From Nitrospirota bacterium (lineage in GTDB: Bacteria; Nitrospirota; Thermodesulfovibrionia; Thermodesulfovibrionales; Dissulfurispiraceae): DNA of 64,000 bases. Shown here one piece after another: positions 28,351 through 38,895 of the stretch. Within the stretch, counting starts at the first letter, position 1. Every line of letters starts with the position of its first letter. The translations under genes were made by a program, and so were the position numbers. Location: the NCBI GenBank assembly GCA_021791055.1, contig JAJYXI010000051.1, positions 1,653-65,652 of the forward strand, written 5' to 3'. A model generated the notes under the pieces. It had not been told where the DNA came from, ran no database searches, and saw only the letters and a program-made list of their open reading frames with translations.

Positions 28351-29007
28351 ATGTTTAAACTCGCACCGGAAGGCTATCCATTTTTAATCTTCTTTTCCAT
28401 TCTCACCATTATTGCATTCTTTGCAACAGGCGGGGTATGGATAGCCCTTTTACCGTTCATTCTTACGCTCTTTATGCTGTACTTTTTCAGAGACCCTGAG
28501 AGGACAATACCTGATGGGGATAATGTCTTTGTGTCCCCTGCCGATGGTAAGGTCATACTGATAAAGAATGTTGATGAAGATGTAATCCCCCCCTACCCCC
28601 CTTTATTAAAAAGGGGCGAGGGGGGATTTATCGAAGTCAGCATCTTCATGTCCCCTTTGAATGTCCATGTAAACAGGGCCCCATGCGACGGGGTTGTTGA
28701 ATCGGTAGTACATACGCCTGGAAAATTTCTATCCGCATTTAAACATGAGGCGTCCCTTCACAATGAAAACATCGCCATGCTCCTTAATACAAAACACGGC
28801 AAGGTGCTTGTCCGTCAGGTTGCAGGATTTGTTGCAAGAAGGGCTGTATGCAGGGTTAAGCCTGGCGATGCCTTAGAGAAAGGGCAGCGTTACGGAATCA
28901 TAAAATTCAGTTCAAGACTGGATATTTATCTGCCGAAAAATACCGATATTAAAGTTAAGCTGGGAGATAAGGTAAAGGCTGGAGAGACAATAATCGGAAC
29001 AAAGTAA
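28351..29007 (+). CDS. psd: Phosphatidylserine decarboxylase proenzyme
   Basis: FFRDPER, SPADG, IFMSPLNVHVNRAP, KFSSR cleavage region. Confidence 0.93.
   Translation: MFKLAPEGYPFLIFFSILTIIAFFATGGVWIALLPFILTLFMLYFFRDPERTIPDGDNVFVSPADGKVILIKNVDEDVIPPYPPLLKRGEGGFIEVSIFMSPLNVHVNRAPCDGVVESVVHTPGKFLSAFKHEASLHNENIAMLLNTKHGKVLVRQVAGFVARRAVCRVKPGDALEKGQRYGIIKFSSRLDIYLPKNTDIKVKLGDKVKAGETIIGTK
28584..28628. repeat. 45-bp C/G-run palindrome inserted in-frame in psd
   Basis: aatccccccctacccccctttattaaaaaggggcgaggggggatt, encoding IPPYPPLLKRGEGGF. Confidence 0.88.
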
Positions 29008-29025
29008 TGGTATAATAGTTAAAGA

Positions 29026-29802
29026 ATGACAGCAAAACACAAAAGAGAGGAGAAAAAGCCGAAGAAAGGTGTATATCTCCTGCCAAATACCATAACCCTC
29101 TGCGGCATGTTTGCCGGCTTTTTTGCAATCCTTTCGGCAATCAACGGAAACTATCTGAACGCCGCATGGGCAATAATAATAGCGAATATCTTCGACGGCC
29201 TCGACGGCTGGATTGCAAGACTCACAAATACTTCCACAAGATTCGGAATAGAGCTTGACTCGCTTTCAGACCTCGTTGCCTTCGGAGTCGCTCCGTCTGT
29301 AATGATATATAAATGGTCCCTCGCTCCCTTTGGCAGATTAGGATGGGCTGCCGCATTTCTGTTCGTTGCATGCGGCGCATTAAGGCTTGCAAGATTCAAT
29401 ATACAGACCGGTGCCCCAGGCTCAAAGGCATTCAAGGGTATGCCCATACCTGGCGCTGCAACTATTTTAGCCTCGATGGTTATCTTTTATTACGAATTCT
29501 GGACAGGCATTCCGGGAAAAAATATCTTTTTCCCGATTATCACAATACTGCTATCTTTGTTAATGGTCAGCACCTTGCGTTATCACGGCCTTAAAGAGAT
29601 AGACTTCAGGGAGAGAAAGCCCTTCTGGGTGTTGATTGTATTCGTGCTGGTGCTTTTTGTCCTGTTCGTACACCCTCCGACTGCAATATTCATCTTTGCA
29701 ATGGCATACCTCCTTTGGGGTATAATTGAAAATACAATTCTTTTAGCAAAAAGAAGAAAATTAAAACAAATAGAACAGCAATCAATAGAGAGTAAGGAAT
29801 GA
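29026..29802 (+). CDS. pssA: CDP-diacylglycerol--serine O-phosphatidyltransferase
   Basis: [31 protein letters not shown]. Confidence 0.95.
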   Translation: MTAKHKREEKKPKKGVYLLPNTITLCGMFAGFFAILSAINGNYLNAAWAIIIANIFDGLDGWIARLTNTSTRFGIELDSLSDLVAFGVAPSVMIYKWSLAPFGRLGWAAAFLFVACGALRLARFNIQTGAPGSKAFKGMPIPGAATILASMVIFYYEFWTGIPGKNIFFPIITILLSLLMVSTLRYHGLKEIDFRERKPFWVLIVFVLVLFVLFVHPPTAIFIFAMAYLLWGIIENTILLAKRRKLKQIEQQSIESKE

Positions 29803-31307
29803 GGATTATCAAGATATTCGATACAACACTCAGGGACGGCGAGCAGTCACCAGGCGCATCCATGAATGTGGATGAGAAGATTCAGGTGGCAAAGCAGCTC
29901 GTGAAGTTGGGCGTGGATATTATAGAGGCAGGATTTCCCATCGCATCACCGGGAGACTTTGAGGCGGTTAAAAGGGTTGCAACCGAGATAAAAGGCGCTA
30001 CCATTGCCGGGCTTGCAAGGGCGAGGAATGAGGACATCGACAGGGCCGGAGAGGCAATAAAGCCTGCAGAGTCAAAGAGGATCCATACATTCATAGCCAC
30101 ATCCGACATACATCTTCAGTACAAGCTAAGGATGTCGAGAGATGCTGTAATCGAGGCCGCTGTAAATGCCGTAAAAAGGGCAAGGCAGTATACTGACGAT
30201 GTGGAATTCTCGGCAGAAGATGCAACAAGGTCTGACTGGGACTATCTCTGTAAAGTGACAGAAGCGGTAATTAAGGCAGGTGCAAAAACAGTAAATATCC
30301 CTGACACCGTAGGTTATACAGTACCTCAGGAATACGGGGAACTCATAGAGTATCTCATGAACACCGTGCCTGATATTGATAAGGCTGTAATATCTGTTCA
30401 CTGCCATAATGACTTAGGCCTTGCTGTTGCCAACTCCCTCACTGCAATCCTTAAGGGAGCAGGACAGGTCGAGTGCACTGTCAACGGCATCGGCGAAAGG
30501 GCTGGGAATGCGTCTATGGAAGAGATAGTGATGGCATTAAAGACAAGGCCGAAGTTTTACAATGCAGATACAAAGATCGTGACACAGGAAATATACAAGA
30601 CAAGCCGCCTCGTGTCAAAGATAACGGGAATGGTCGTCCAGCCGAACAAGGCGATAGTCGGAGAGAACGCCTTTGCCCATGAGGCAGGAATACACCAGGA
30701 CGGTCTGCTCAAGGAGAGGTCAACATACGAGATTATGAAGCCGGAGGATGTTGGAATTCCAAAATCAAAGCTCGTCCTCGGCAAACACTCGGGCAGGCAT
30801 GCATTCAAGGCGCGCCTTCATGAGCTTGGATATGATTTGACAGAGGAAGAACTGAACAGGGCATTTGAGAAGCTCAAGCACCTTGCTGACCAGAAAAAAT
30901 ACATATTCGATGAGGATATAGAAACTCTTGTCTCGGAAGAGGTGTCGAAAATACCTGAAACATACAGCCTTGTCGATCTGTCAATTACAAGCGGAGTTAA
31001 TGTAAAGCCCACTGCTGCTTTAAAGCTGAAGGTCAATGATAATATCGTTGAAAAAATGGAACATGGCGACGGTCCTGTAGATGCTGTATATAAGGCAATT
31101 GCAGCCATTACCCAGACAAAGAGCAGTCTCTTAAAATTTGAGGTCAAGAGCATTACAGGCGGAACAGACGCACTCGGCGAGGTCATGGTTTCTCTTGAAG
31201 AAGACGGCCGCACAGTAAGGGGACACGGTGCCGATACGGACATAATCATTGCTGCTGCAAAGGCATATATAAATGCATTAAACAAGCTGGCAGCAAGGAA
31301 AAAATAA
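29799..31307 (+). CDS. leuA: 2-isopropylmalate synthase
   Basis: [34 protein letters not shown]. Confidence 0.97.
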   Translation: MRIIKIFDTTLRDGEQSPGASMNVDEKIQVAKQLVKLGVDIIEAGFPIASPGDFEAVKRVATEIKGATIAGLARARNEDIDRAGEAIKPAESKRIHTFIATSDIHLQYKLRMSRDAVIEAAVNAVKRARQYTDDVEFSAEDATRSDWDYLCKVTEAVIKAGAKTVNIPDTVGYTVPQEYGELIEYLMNTVPDIDKAVISVHCHNDLGLAVANSLTAILKGAGQVECTVNGIGERAGNASMEEIVMALKTRPKFYNADTKIVTQEIYKTSRLVSKITGMVVQPNKAIVGENAFAHEAGIHQDGLLKERSTYEIMKPEDVGIPKSKLVLGKHSGRHAFKARLHELGYDLTEEELNRAFEKLKHLADQKKYIFDEDIETLVSEEVSKIPETYSLVDLSITSGVNVKPTAALKLKVNDNIVEKMEHGDGPVDAVYKAIAAITQTKSSLLKFEVKSITGGTDALGEVMVSLEEDGRTVRGHGADTDIIIAAAKAYINALNKLAARKK

Positions 31308-31319
31308 TATAATTCCTAA

Positions 31320-31580
31320 TCAAGTTCTCATTGCCATATATATTTCATCATACTGTTTTTTGCGTTCCAGCCATATTTTCAACGCCTCGTAATTTTCCTT
31401 CCATTTTTCGAAATCCTTATCTCCGCTTCTTTCTCCTCTTAAATATTCTTCTATGAACACTTCTGTTTTCACCTTGTATTTTCTTTCCATTTCCGCAATA
31501 AAACTCTCTATCTCCTTGAGCTTCTTGTTGCAGATATTTACTTCCCTTGAAAGTGTAATTGCATATTCATCCGTGCGCAT
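31320..31580 (-). CDS. Small hypothetical protein (coiled-coil, antitoxin-like)
   Basis: 86 aa, GGGAGG RBS, E.KY...TE.F...Y...D..W pattern. Confidence 0.6.
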   Translation of the reverse strand: MRTDEYAITLSREVNICNKKLKEIESFIAEMERKYKVKTEVFIEEYLRGERSGDKDFEKWKENYEALKIWLERKKQYDEIYMAMRT

Positions 31581-31688
31581 TAATGCCTCCCTGTTTATCT
31601 TTGAAAATATTATTAAACAAATTATAGCAGATTAATCAACCTTCCATTTCAATGCCGAAAAATGTTTATATATCCACTGGAGATAATA

Positions 31689-32075
31689 ATGGCACATCGC
31701 ATCAAAATAAAAATCTACTATGAAGACACAGATGCCGGTGGGGTGGTCTATTACGCCAAATACCTCAACTATTTAGAGCGTGCCAGGACAGAATTCCTTT
31801 CAGACCACGGCATCAATGTAGCAGAGCTTCACAATCTCGGTTATTTCTTTGTGGTAACCCATGTAGATATACATTACAGACAGCCTGCAAGACTTGGAGA
31901 TATTATCGAAGTTACCACAGAGATCAATGAACTCAGAAATGCCTCGATGACAATAAAAAGCCATATTCTCAGAGATAATGCAGTCCTCGCCGAAGCTGAT
32001 GTAACCCTTGCCTGCATTGATAAAAATGGGAAACCAACAAGGTTTCCTGAGGGTTTTAATACGCTGAAAGAATAA
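31689..32075 (+). CDS. YbgC/FadM family acyl-CoA thioesterase
   Basis: YYEDTDAGGVVYYAKYL..ERAR hot-dog motif; start probably MAHRIK. Confidence 0.92.
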   Translation: MAHRIKIKIYYEDTDAGGVVYYAKYLNYLERARTEFLSDHGINVAELHNLGYFFVVTHVDIHYRQPARLGDIIEVTTEINELRNASMTIKSHILRDNAVLAEADVTLACIDKNGKPTRFPEGFNTLKE

Positions 32076-32081
32076 AAACAG

Positions 32082-34025
32082 TTACATGGCCTTTTGTGCG
32101 GCTCTAAACTCGCTCCATAAGTTGCAGAAGCCTTCCATAGATTTTTCAGCATTCCCAAGAAATGCTATTCTTGATTCTATCGTCTCTTTTGACCTGTTCA
32201 TCTCATTAATTATTTCATCAAATATGGACTTATAGCCTCCGATAACCCTCTCTATCTCATTTGATATCTCATCGCCTAATCCATCAAGATGCAGCTTTAT
32301 ATGAGAGAACAACTCCCTGTCCTTTTCGGCTATCCACTTTTGCATGGAGTCTTCCAGACTTTTTCTGATTAAAAAAATGGCTTTTTTCAGCTTTATATCA
32401 TCGAACTTAAATCTCCCTGTCCTCTGGTTTATACGCCCCAATGAAATAATCATTAATAAGGTCCCCATAAATCCCCTCTTCCTCGCAAGCCTCCCCTTAA
32501 AAAGCGTGGGATAAAAGACGCTGTCGAATTTTAAGACTATGGCCGGAAAATCAAGGCTGCTGAAAGACGATGGCACTTTAGGCAGGGCTATATGTATATC
32601 CTCATTTTCCACGCCTCTTATATATCCGCTGTATTCCATTATCTTGGTCTGGATTGCTCTGCTTTGTTCCTGCAGCGCTCTTTCCTTTTCACTCAAATCG
32701 CTATTTATATATTTTTCATACTTGCCCATTACCTGCATATAATTCTTTCCAATCACACCCGTTTTTATCTGGCTGGATACTTCATCTATGGTATGCAAAT
32801 TATTGCCGTTTTGTAATGCAATCAGCTCGTCGTTCGACAGAGATGTCAAAATCCTTGTCGATTGCTTCATTATATTGTCTATGTGGGCATTGATTATAAG
32901 GGATAAGGATTTATGGGCAAGGTTTATGTCCCTGCGCATATTATCCGTGTTTTTATCAAATGCAGCCTTTTCGGTCATTTCTGCACTAGCTTCCTCATAA
33001 AAGCGCCTTATGATGGACATCTCCTTGACAAGCCTATCCCTATCTTCCATTAGGTCTCTGATCTGGCTCAAAATATTGTCTTTTATCTCTTTGAGCCGCC
33101 GGTCTATAAGGGACATCTTCTGCTTAAAAACCTCGATGGATGCCTTTTCAAGTGCGATGTAGTTTATATATTTTATTAACTGCTCAACCCCGCTTTTTTC
33201 TCTGAGGGTTTCCAAAGTTGCACCATCCTTGCCGTGAAACCACAACAGATTTCTTATCTGGTTGTCAATGAACGACAGAACCGTCATCTCTTCCATTCCC
33301 TGATACCGTCTAAGAGAAGCATCCAGACATTCCCGCAGCATCTCTCCATCATCCGTATCTAAGCCGGCGCACTCTTTAATCCTGAGTGCCTTCTGTGCGT
33401 AAAAATACTGCAGGGCAGAAATGCCCAGCACTATAAATCCCCTGTAGCCAAGCTCTTTTAATTTAGCCCTCAGAAAATCTATAAACCTTACTGCCGACTT
33501 CTTCTCTTCGCTTAAATACATTAAGTCCAGCTTATTGACAACAACAATAAAGGAGTAAATTTTATTATGCTCCTCAAATGCGGTCTTTATATCCCTGAAA
33601 AATTCCTCTTCGCTCTTAGTCAGGTGCTTTGCATAATCCACGATAAAGACCACCACATCGGCCTCTCCTATCCATTTGTAAGCAACCTTCTTATGGTCGC
33701 TTCCAGCAAGGTCCGGGCCCGGGGTGTCTATTACCGTATAGCTGCACAAACTGTCGGCATGAGGTACATAGTGAATTTCCATGTCGTCGAGGATATAACC
33801 GCCCTTATTATCTACCTGTGCGTTTCTGAATTCATCAAGGATGTATTCCTTTACAGCAGCCGGGTTTTTGAAAATTATCTGCTGGCCTTGATAATTGAGC
33901 GCTATTGTCCTGTCGTTACTCTTTTTGTATATGCAGGAGTTAAAGGTAGGCATCTCAGCACTTGCAGGTGCATATTCCTCGCCGAGGAAGCAGTTCACCA
34001 GTACGCTTTTGCCTGCTCCCCCCAA
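32082..34025 (-). CDS. Dynamin-like GTPase with long helical C-terminus; N-terminus apparently truncated
   Basis: GGAGKS (G1), PT (G2), DTPG (G3), NKLD (G4), SA (G5); G1 lies at the extreme N-terminus. Confidence 0.8.
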   Translation of the reverse strand: MGGAGKSVLVNCFLGEEYAPASAEMPTFNSCIYKKSNDRTIALNYQGQQIIFKNPAAVKEYILDEFRNAQVDNKGGYILDDMEIHYVPHADSLCSYTVIDTPGPDLAGSDHKKVAYKWIGEADVVVFIVDYAKHLTKSEEEFFRDIKTAFEEHNKIYSFIVVVNKLDLMYLSEEKKSAVRFIDFLRAKLKELGYRGFIVLGISALQYFYAQKALRIKECAGLDTDDGEMLRECLDASLRRYQGMEEMTVLSFIDNQIRNLLWFHGKDGATLETLREKSGVEQLIKYINYIALEKASIEVFKQKMSLIDRRLKEIKDNILSQIRDLMEDRDRLVKEMSIIRRFYEEASAEMTEKAAFDKNTDNMRRDINLAHKSLSLIINAHIDNIMKQSTRILTSLSNDELIALQNGNNLHTIDEVSSQIKTGVIGKNYMQVMGKYEKYINSDLSEKERALQEQSRAIQTKIMEYSGYIRGVENEDIHIALPKVPSSFSSLDFPAIVLKFDSVFYPTLFKGRLARKRGFMGTLLMIISLGRINQRTGRFKFDDIKLKKAIFLIRKSLEDSMQKWIAEKDRELFSHIKLHLDGLGDEISNEIERVIGGYKSIFDEIINEMNRSKETIESRIAFLGNAEKSMEGFCNLWSEFRAAQKAM

Positions 34026-34177
34026 TGCTTTTTCAATTATACCTCATAAAAACCAGTCTAACAATCTCTAATTAAGCCGGATTTGACACGAAATGCCTCT
34101 TGTCAATAAGCCTTTTATAAAGATATAATAGGTTTTTTAAAAATTTTACGAAAATGCTCTACGATTCAGGAGGATAC

Positions 34178-35437
34178 ATGACTATTACCGAGAAGATACT
34201 TGCGGCGCATGCTGGAAAAAAAGAGGTTGTCCCCGGCGAATTAATAAATGCAAAGGTTGACCTCATCCTTGCCAATGACATTACCGCCCCCATTGCCATA
34301 CAGGAATTCAAGAAAATCGGTGCAAAGGATGTCTTTGACAAAGATAGGGTGGCGCTGATTCCCGATCATTTTACGCCACAAAAAGACATAAAGGCTGCAG
34401 AGCAGTGCAAAACGCTCAGAGATTTTTCAAAGGAATACCACCTCGGATTATATTTTGAAGTTGGCAGGATGGGCATTGAGCACGCACTGCTGCCTGAGCA
34501 GGGTCTTGTGGTTCCGGGAGATCTGGTAATCGGCGCAGACAGCCACACATGCACTTACGGAGCCCTCGGAGCCTTTGCGACAGGCGTAGGTTCCACAGAT
34601 GTTGCCGCCGCAATGGCGACAGGCGAATGCTGGTTCAAGGTTCCAGAATCAATGAAATTCATTTACTATGGAAAGCTCAATAAATGGGTTGGAGGAAAGG
34701 ATTTGATTCTTCACACAATAGGCGACATCGGCGTTGACGGCGCATTATACAGGGCTATGGAATTCGAAGGTGAAGCAATCAGGAATCTGCCGATGTACGG
34801 AAGGCTTACCATGTGCAACATGGCGATAGAGGCTGGCGGCAAAAACGGCATTATTGTACCTGACAGCATAACAGAAGAATATGTAAAAGGCAGGGCGAAG
34901 AGACCCTATAAATTTTATACATCGGATTCAGATGGAAAATATATGGAGATCAGAGAATACGACTGCTCAAAAATACCTTTAACCGTTTCATGTCCGCATC
35001 TGCCTTCAAATACAAGACCTGCAGCCGAATTGTTCGAAATAACCATAGACCAGGTTGTTGTCGGCTCATGCACCAATGGAAGGCTCGAAGATTTAAGGGA
35101 AGCTGCACAGATCATTAAAGGCAGAAAGGTGAATCCAAATGTAAGGATGATCGTCATCCCTGCAACGCAGCAGATTTACAAACAGGCAATGAACGAAGGA
35201 CTTCTCGATATATTCATAGATGCAGAGGCCGTTGTCTCAACACCCACATGCGGGCCATGCCTCGGCGGACACATGGGAATCCTCGCAAAAGGAGAAAGGG
35301 CTCTCGCAACTACAAACAGGAATTTTGTAGGAAGGATGGGACATCCTGAAAGCGAAGTGTATCTATCAAACCCGGCAGTGGCAGCGGCATCGGCAGTGCT
35401 TGGCAGGATAGGAGTGCCGGAGGAATTTGGGTTGTAA
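34178..35437 (+). CDS. leuC: 3-isopropylmalate dehydratase large subunit (LeuC type 2)
   Basis: [36 protein letters not shown] before 34178. Confidence 0.95.
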   Translation: MTITEKILAAHAGKKEVVPGELINAKVDLILANDITAPIAIQEFKKIGAKDVFDKDRVALIPDHFTPQKDIKAAEQCKTLRDFSKEYHLGLYFEVGRMGIEHALLPEQGLVVPGDLVIGADSHTCTYGALGAFATGVGSTDVAAAMATGECWFKVPESMKFIYYGKLNKWVGGKDLILHTIGDIGVDGALYRAMEFEGEAIRNLPMYGRLTMCNMAIEAGGKNGIIVPDSITEEYVKGRAKRPYKFYTSDSDGKYMEIREYDCSKIPLTVSCPHLPSNTRPAAELFEITIDQVVVGSCTNGRLEDLREAAQIIKGRKVNPNVRMIVIPATQQIYKQAMNEGLLDIFIDAEAVVSTPTCGPCLGGHMGILAKGERALATTNRNFVGRMGHPESEVYLSNPAVAAASAVLGRIGVPEEFGL

Positions 35438-35533
35438 AATAAACGATAACCGAGACATCTATAAAAATATCGTAGCAGCATAAAAGATAATGTTACACAT
35501 AAAAAACTAGAAACATCAAATCAGGAGGGGATA

Positions 35534-35815
35534 ATGATTAACTGGTTAAAGATTATCTTTGTTTTTTTCGTTGTAAGCATTGCACAGGCGTCTGACGATA
35601 CCTATATAAAAATTCAAGAAATGGTTAATGACTTAGGGGCACCACAATATCGGCAGCAAAATAATGGGAAAGTGCAACAATGTGCTGATGGTGGAACAAA
35701 ACAGATAACAATAAAGAAAACAAAATATGGAACTTCTTATAAGGGTATCTATAGAAAATGTAAGGAGTTTGGCACATTAAGAGATGGGCATGTAGAGATT
35801 ACAACAGGAGGGTAG
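35534..35815 (+). CDS. Small secreted protein with two Cys
   Basis: AGGAGG RBS, signal peptide ending AQA. Confidence 0.65.
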   Translation: MINWLKIIFVFFVVSIAQASDDTYIKIQEMVNDLGAPQYRQQNNGKVQQCADGGTKQITIKKTKYGTSYKGIYRKCKEFGTLRDGHVEITTGG

Positions 35816-35821
35816 ATTCAA

Positions 35822-37540
35822 ATGAAGGTAAAAAATATAATGCTTGCACTTTTTATTTTTTCTTTAATGGCATCAAATGTTTTTGCTCAAGATTATGAAA
35901 CAGTGCTTAACAACTGCAAAAATAGTCTTGAGTCATCATTTCTTAGCGTGCCAGACAGTGACATTGAGATTTGTAATAAGGCAATACAAATTAATTCTAA
36001 TGATGCAAGAGGATACTTTTTTCGCGGTACGGCTTATCTCCTAAATAAAAAATTTACGGCAGCGAAAAAAGACCTATCAAGAGCTATTGATTTGAAGCTA
36101 TCTAATGGTGAGATGCTATCTATGGCATATCATCGTAGGGGCTATGCATATGAACAAACAAAACAATATGAGAAAGCAATAGAAGATTACAGAAGGGCAA
36201 TAGAGATAGACCCTAAGAATGAGTATTCCAAAAACGCAATTGTCAAATTTGAAGAGCAGAAAATTTCTGAAAAAATAGTAAATACGAAGAAGGAAGCAAG
36301 TGTTTATGAGGAAGAACTAAAGAAAAATCCAAGAGATTATTCTGTTAATAAAAAACTGGCTGATATTTATTTAAATATTGATATGGAAAAGGCTTACTAT
36401 TATGCTAACAAGCTTATTGAAATTTCTAAAAACCAACAAGAAAAAGCTCAAGGTTATCTTTATAGAGGATGGATTAGGCATGAATATGGAGAGACAAAGG
36501 AAGCCTATGATGATTACACACAATCAATTCATTTAAATCCAAAAGAAGCTTCAGCATACTATCACAGAAGCAGGTTGTTCGACAATAAAGATATAGACAA
36601 GAAAATTGCCGATTTGCAAAAAGCCGTAGAGATAGATGCTAAGTTCCCAGATGCTCTTTGGGCTTTGGGATGGGCATATGACCACAAACAGATAATAAGC
36701 ACTGGCTATCAGAAACAACAGGCATTAAAAAGCGCAATTGACGCTTTTAGCAGGTTAATAGACATAGAGCCTGAATATGATTCCAGAATATATAGGTTTA
36801 GGGCAAATTGGCACATGTTACTTAGCACAGTAGACTGTAAAACAGCTATTGCCGACAGAAAGAAAGCAATAGAAATGACAAAGGATTCAGACCAAGATTA
36901 TGGCTACTATGCAGAGAACCTTATGCAATGCAAGGATTATCCTTCGGCTATAAGAGCATATGAAGATATATTATCTAAGAAGGATGCTTTTTTTAAGATG
37001 TATAGTAAAGCAAAATATGCGGTTGATATGGGCAAAGCATGGATGCTATGGGGTGGTATTGACCCTGAAAAAATGACCACTCATAGAATTTATGATTTAG
37101 ATAAGCGAATTTCTACAAAGGCTGTTGAGGTGCTTGACAAAGCAATAAAAATAGCTTCTCCACGATGTGATGAAGCAAAAGATGATACCGCCAAATATGT
37201 GCTGTGCGACCCAAAGAGAAAAGCAATTGCATATAAGGGCCTAATCTATTTGGTTTTAGAAGATTACAGCAAAGCGGCTGAGAATCTGCGTAAAGCAATA
37301 GACTACTTTCCTAATGCAACACTTAAATATCACCTTGCTGTAGCCCTATATAAAAAGAAAGACTATAAGGGGGCGTTAGAAAATTGCAGGGTAAGTAAAG
37401 ATAATATGCTTCCTTTTAAAGATACAGACTTCGGAAATATCGCATGTTCTGATTCGTTTATTGAAGAACTTGAGAAGATTGTAATGCTTGGGCCTGAAAC
37501 TAAAAAAAATACCAAGGCTAAAAGTAATGACAGGCGATAA
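35822..37540 (+). CDS. Secreted multi-TPR protein
   Basis: Signal peptide; many TPR units (AYHRRGYAY..YEKAIEDYRRAIEIDP). Confidence 0.88.
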   Translation: MKVKNIMLALFIFSLMASNVFAQDYETVLNNCKNSLESSFLSVPDSDIEICNKAIQINSNDARGYFFRGTAYLLNKKFTAAKKDLSRAIDLKLSNGEMLSMAYHRRGYAYEQTKQYEKAIEDYRRAIEIDPKNEYSKNAIVKFEEQKISEKIVNTKKEASVYEEELKKNPRDYSVNKKLADIYLNIDMEKAYYYANKLIEISKNQQEKAQGYLYRGWIRHEYGETKEAYDDYTQSIHLNPKEASAYYHRSRLFDNKDIDKKIADLQKAVEIDAKFPDALWALGWAYDHKQIISTGYQKQQALKSAIDAFSRLIDIEPEYDSRIYRFRANWHMLLSTVDCKTAIADRKKAIEMTKDSDQDYGYYAENLMQCKDYPSAIRAYEDILSKKDAFFKMYSKAKYAVDMGKAWMLWGGIDPEKMTTHRIYDLDKRISTKAVEVLDKAIKIASPRCDEAKDDTAKYVLCDPKRKAIAYKGLIYLVLEDYSKAAENLRKAIDYFPNATLKYHLAVALYKKKDYKGALENCRVSKDNMLPFKDTDFGNIACSDSFIEELEKIVMLGPETKKNTKAKSNDRR

Positions 37541-37547
37541 AATATAA

Positions 37548-38132
37548 ATGAATTGTCCTCTAAACGCTGGAGGGATTATGAAAGACTCAATCAGCGCAAG
37601 GGCGGCAATTGTTGGTGCAGCCTCAAATGTTAAGCGTTATACCGTAAAATTATCGGTAAATTCTGCTACGCAAGAAGTTATCTTCAAAGAAGGTAGTGAC
37701 GAATATAATAATAGTAGCGAAGGTCCAATATTATATATTCGCTATAGGAGCAAAAATAATTTGCTATACATAGGAGAATGTGAAAAGAAATATCGTGTTG
37801 AAAGTGGTTTTTACATCGAAAAGAAAGCAAAGAAGCGAAAAATGCCTGCTGCGCCATACTATTTTCTTAATGATGAAGCTTTTAAAATCCATTATGTTGA
37901 TGTCTATCAATTAGACCCATCAATTTATGGGAAATCAAAAAGCAATAGGGAAAAACTTGAGCAGTATGTAAGAATAGGTATAGAAATATATACAGGACAA
38001 AAACCCAAGTTCAATAATGACCCAAACAGCAAAAATTTCCCACGCCATATAATTGATACAGGGAATCAGATTATTTGTGATATGATGCGAAGGGGAATCA
38101 TCAACACCAAGTGTATCACTGAGGAAAGATAG
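37548..38132 (+). CDS. Hypothetical protein, possible GIY-YIG nuclease-like
   Basis: ILYI...LLYIGE, R, later E..P.FN pattern resembles GIY-YIG. Confidence 0.5.
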   Translation: MNCPLNAGGIMKDSISARAAIVGAASNVKRYTVKLSVNSATQEVIFKEGSDEYNNSSEGPILYIRYRSKNNLLYIGECEKKYRVESGFYIEKKAKKRKMPAAPYYFLNDEAFKIHYVDVYQLDPSIYGKSKSNREKLEQYVRIGIEIYTGQKPKFNNDPNSKNFPRHIIDTGNQIICDMMRRGIINTKCITEER

Positions 38133-38404
38133 TGTGCAGGCAAAGTAGCTACACTAATTTTTTGGCAATGATTTCGACAGAATTCCATAAATATTTGATG
38201 GAAAATGAAAATTTTGCAGATAAGATACCTGCTAATGCCATGATTATATTCCAGGTCGAAGGAGAAGACGACTTTAATAAATGGCATGAAGAGACGTCAT
38301 TGAGAAATCGAGAAGCAGGCCAGCCGATAGTTTATGTATATGTAAAGAAATGGAGAAAACACTCCTCTATCGAAGAAGTCAGTCTGTCAGAGGCTGCAGC
38401 ATAA
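38132..38404 (+). CDS. DUF5647-like small protein, start uncertain
   Basis: STEFHKYLMENENFADKIPANAMIIFQVEGEDDFNKW resembles that family. Confidence 0.55.
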   Translation: MCRQSSYTNFLAMISTEFHKYLMENENFADKIPANAMIIFQVEGEDDFNKWHEETSLRNREAGQPIVYVYVKKWRKHSSIEEVSLSEAAA

Positions 38405-38417
38405 CAGCAACCACGCT

Positions 38418-38876
38418 ATGAGCATAGAAGACAAAATAAAAAAACTTGGCATCACCCTTTCAGATGCACCTAAGCCACTGGGCTCGTATGTGCCGTGCGT
38501 TCAGACAGGCAATCTCCTGTTTCTGAGCGGAATGCTTCCATTGAAAGACGGCAAACTAATTAAGACGGGAAAGCTCGGAGAATCCGTATCAATCGAAGAA
38601 GCTCAGGAATGCGCAAGGCAGTGCGTTATAAATGCGCTTTCGGTTTTGAAGTCTCATCTTGGAAATCTCGATAAAATCAAAGGGTGCGTAAAGCTAAACG
38701 GTTATGTGGCGTCAACGCAAGACTTCACAGAGCAGCCTAAAGTGCTGAATGCGGCGTCCGATCTTTTGTTTGAAATCTTCGGCGAAGCCGGCAGGCACGC
38801 CCGCGCAGCAGTCGGGGTATATGTTCTCCCGCTGAATTCTCCGGTAGAAATTGATTTTATTTTTGAAACGGCTTAA
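38418..38876 (+). CDS. RidA/YjgF family protein
   Basis: GSYVP, SGMLP, NAASD..FGEAGRHARAAVGV..LP. Confidence 0.93.
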   Translation: MSIEDKIKKLGITLSDAPKPLGSYVPCVQTGNLLFLSGMLPLKDGKLIKTGKLGESVSIEEAQECARQCVINALSVLKSHLGNLDKIKGCVKLNGYVASTQDFTEQPKVLNAASDLLFEIFGEAGRHARAAVGVYVLPLNSPVEIDFIFETA

Positions 38877-38895
38877 AAATACTTTCACCGCCCTG

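Noticed and set aside
34083..34106. ttgaca-N12-tgtcaa palindrome as an operator
   Set aside because: Equally explained by two divergent -35 hexamers between the dynamin-like gene and leuC; no independent support.
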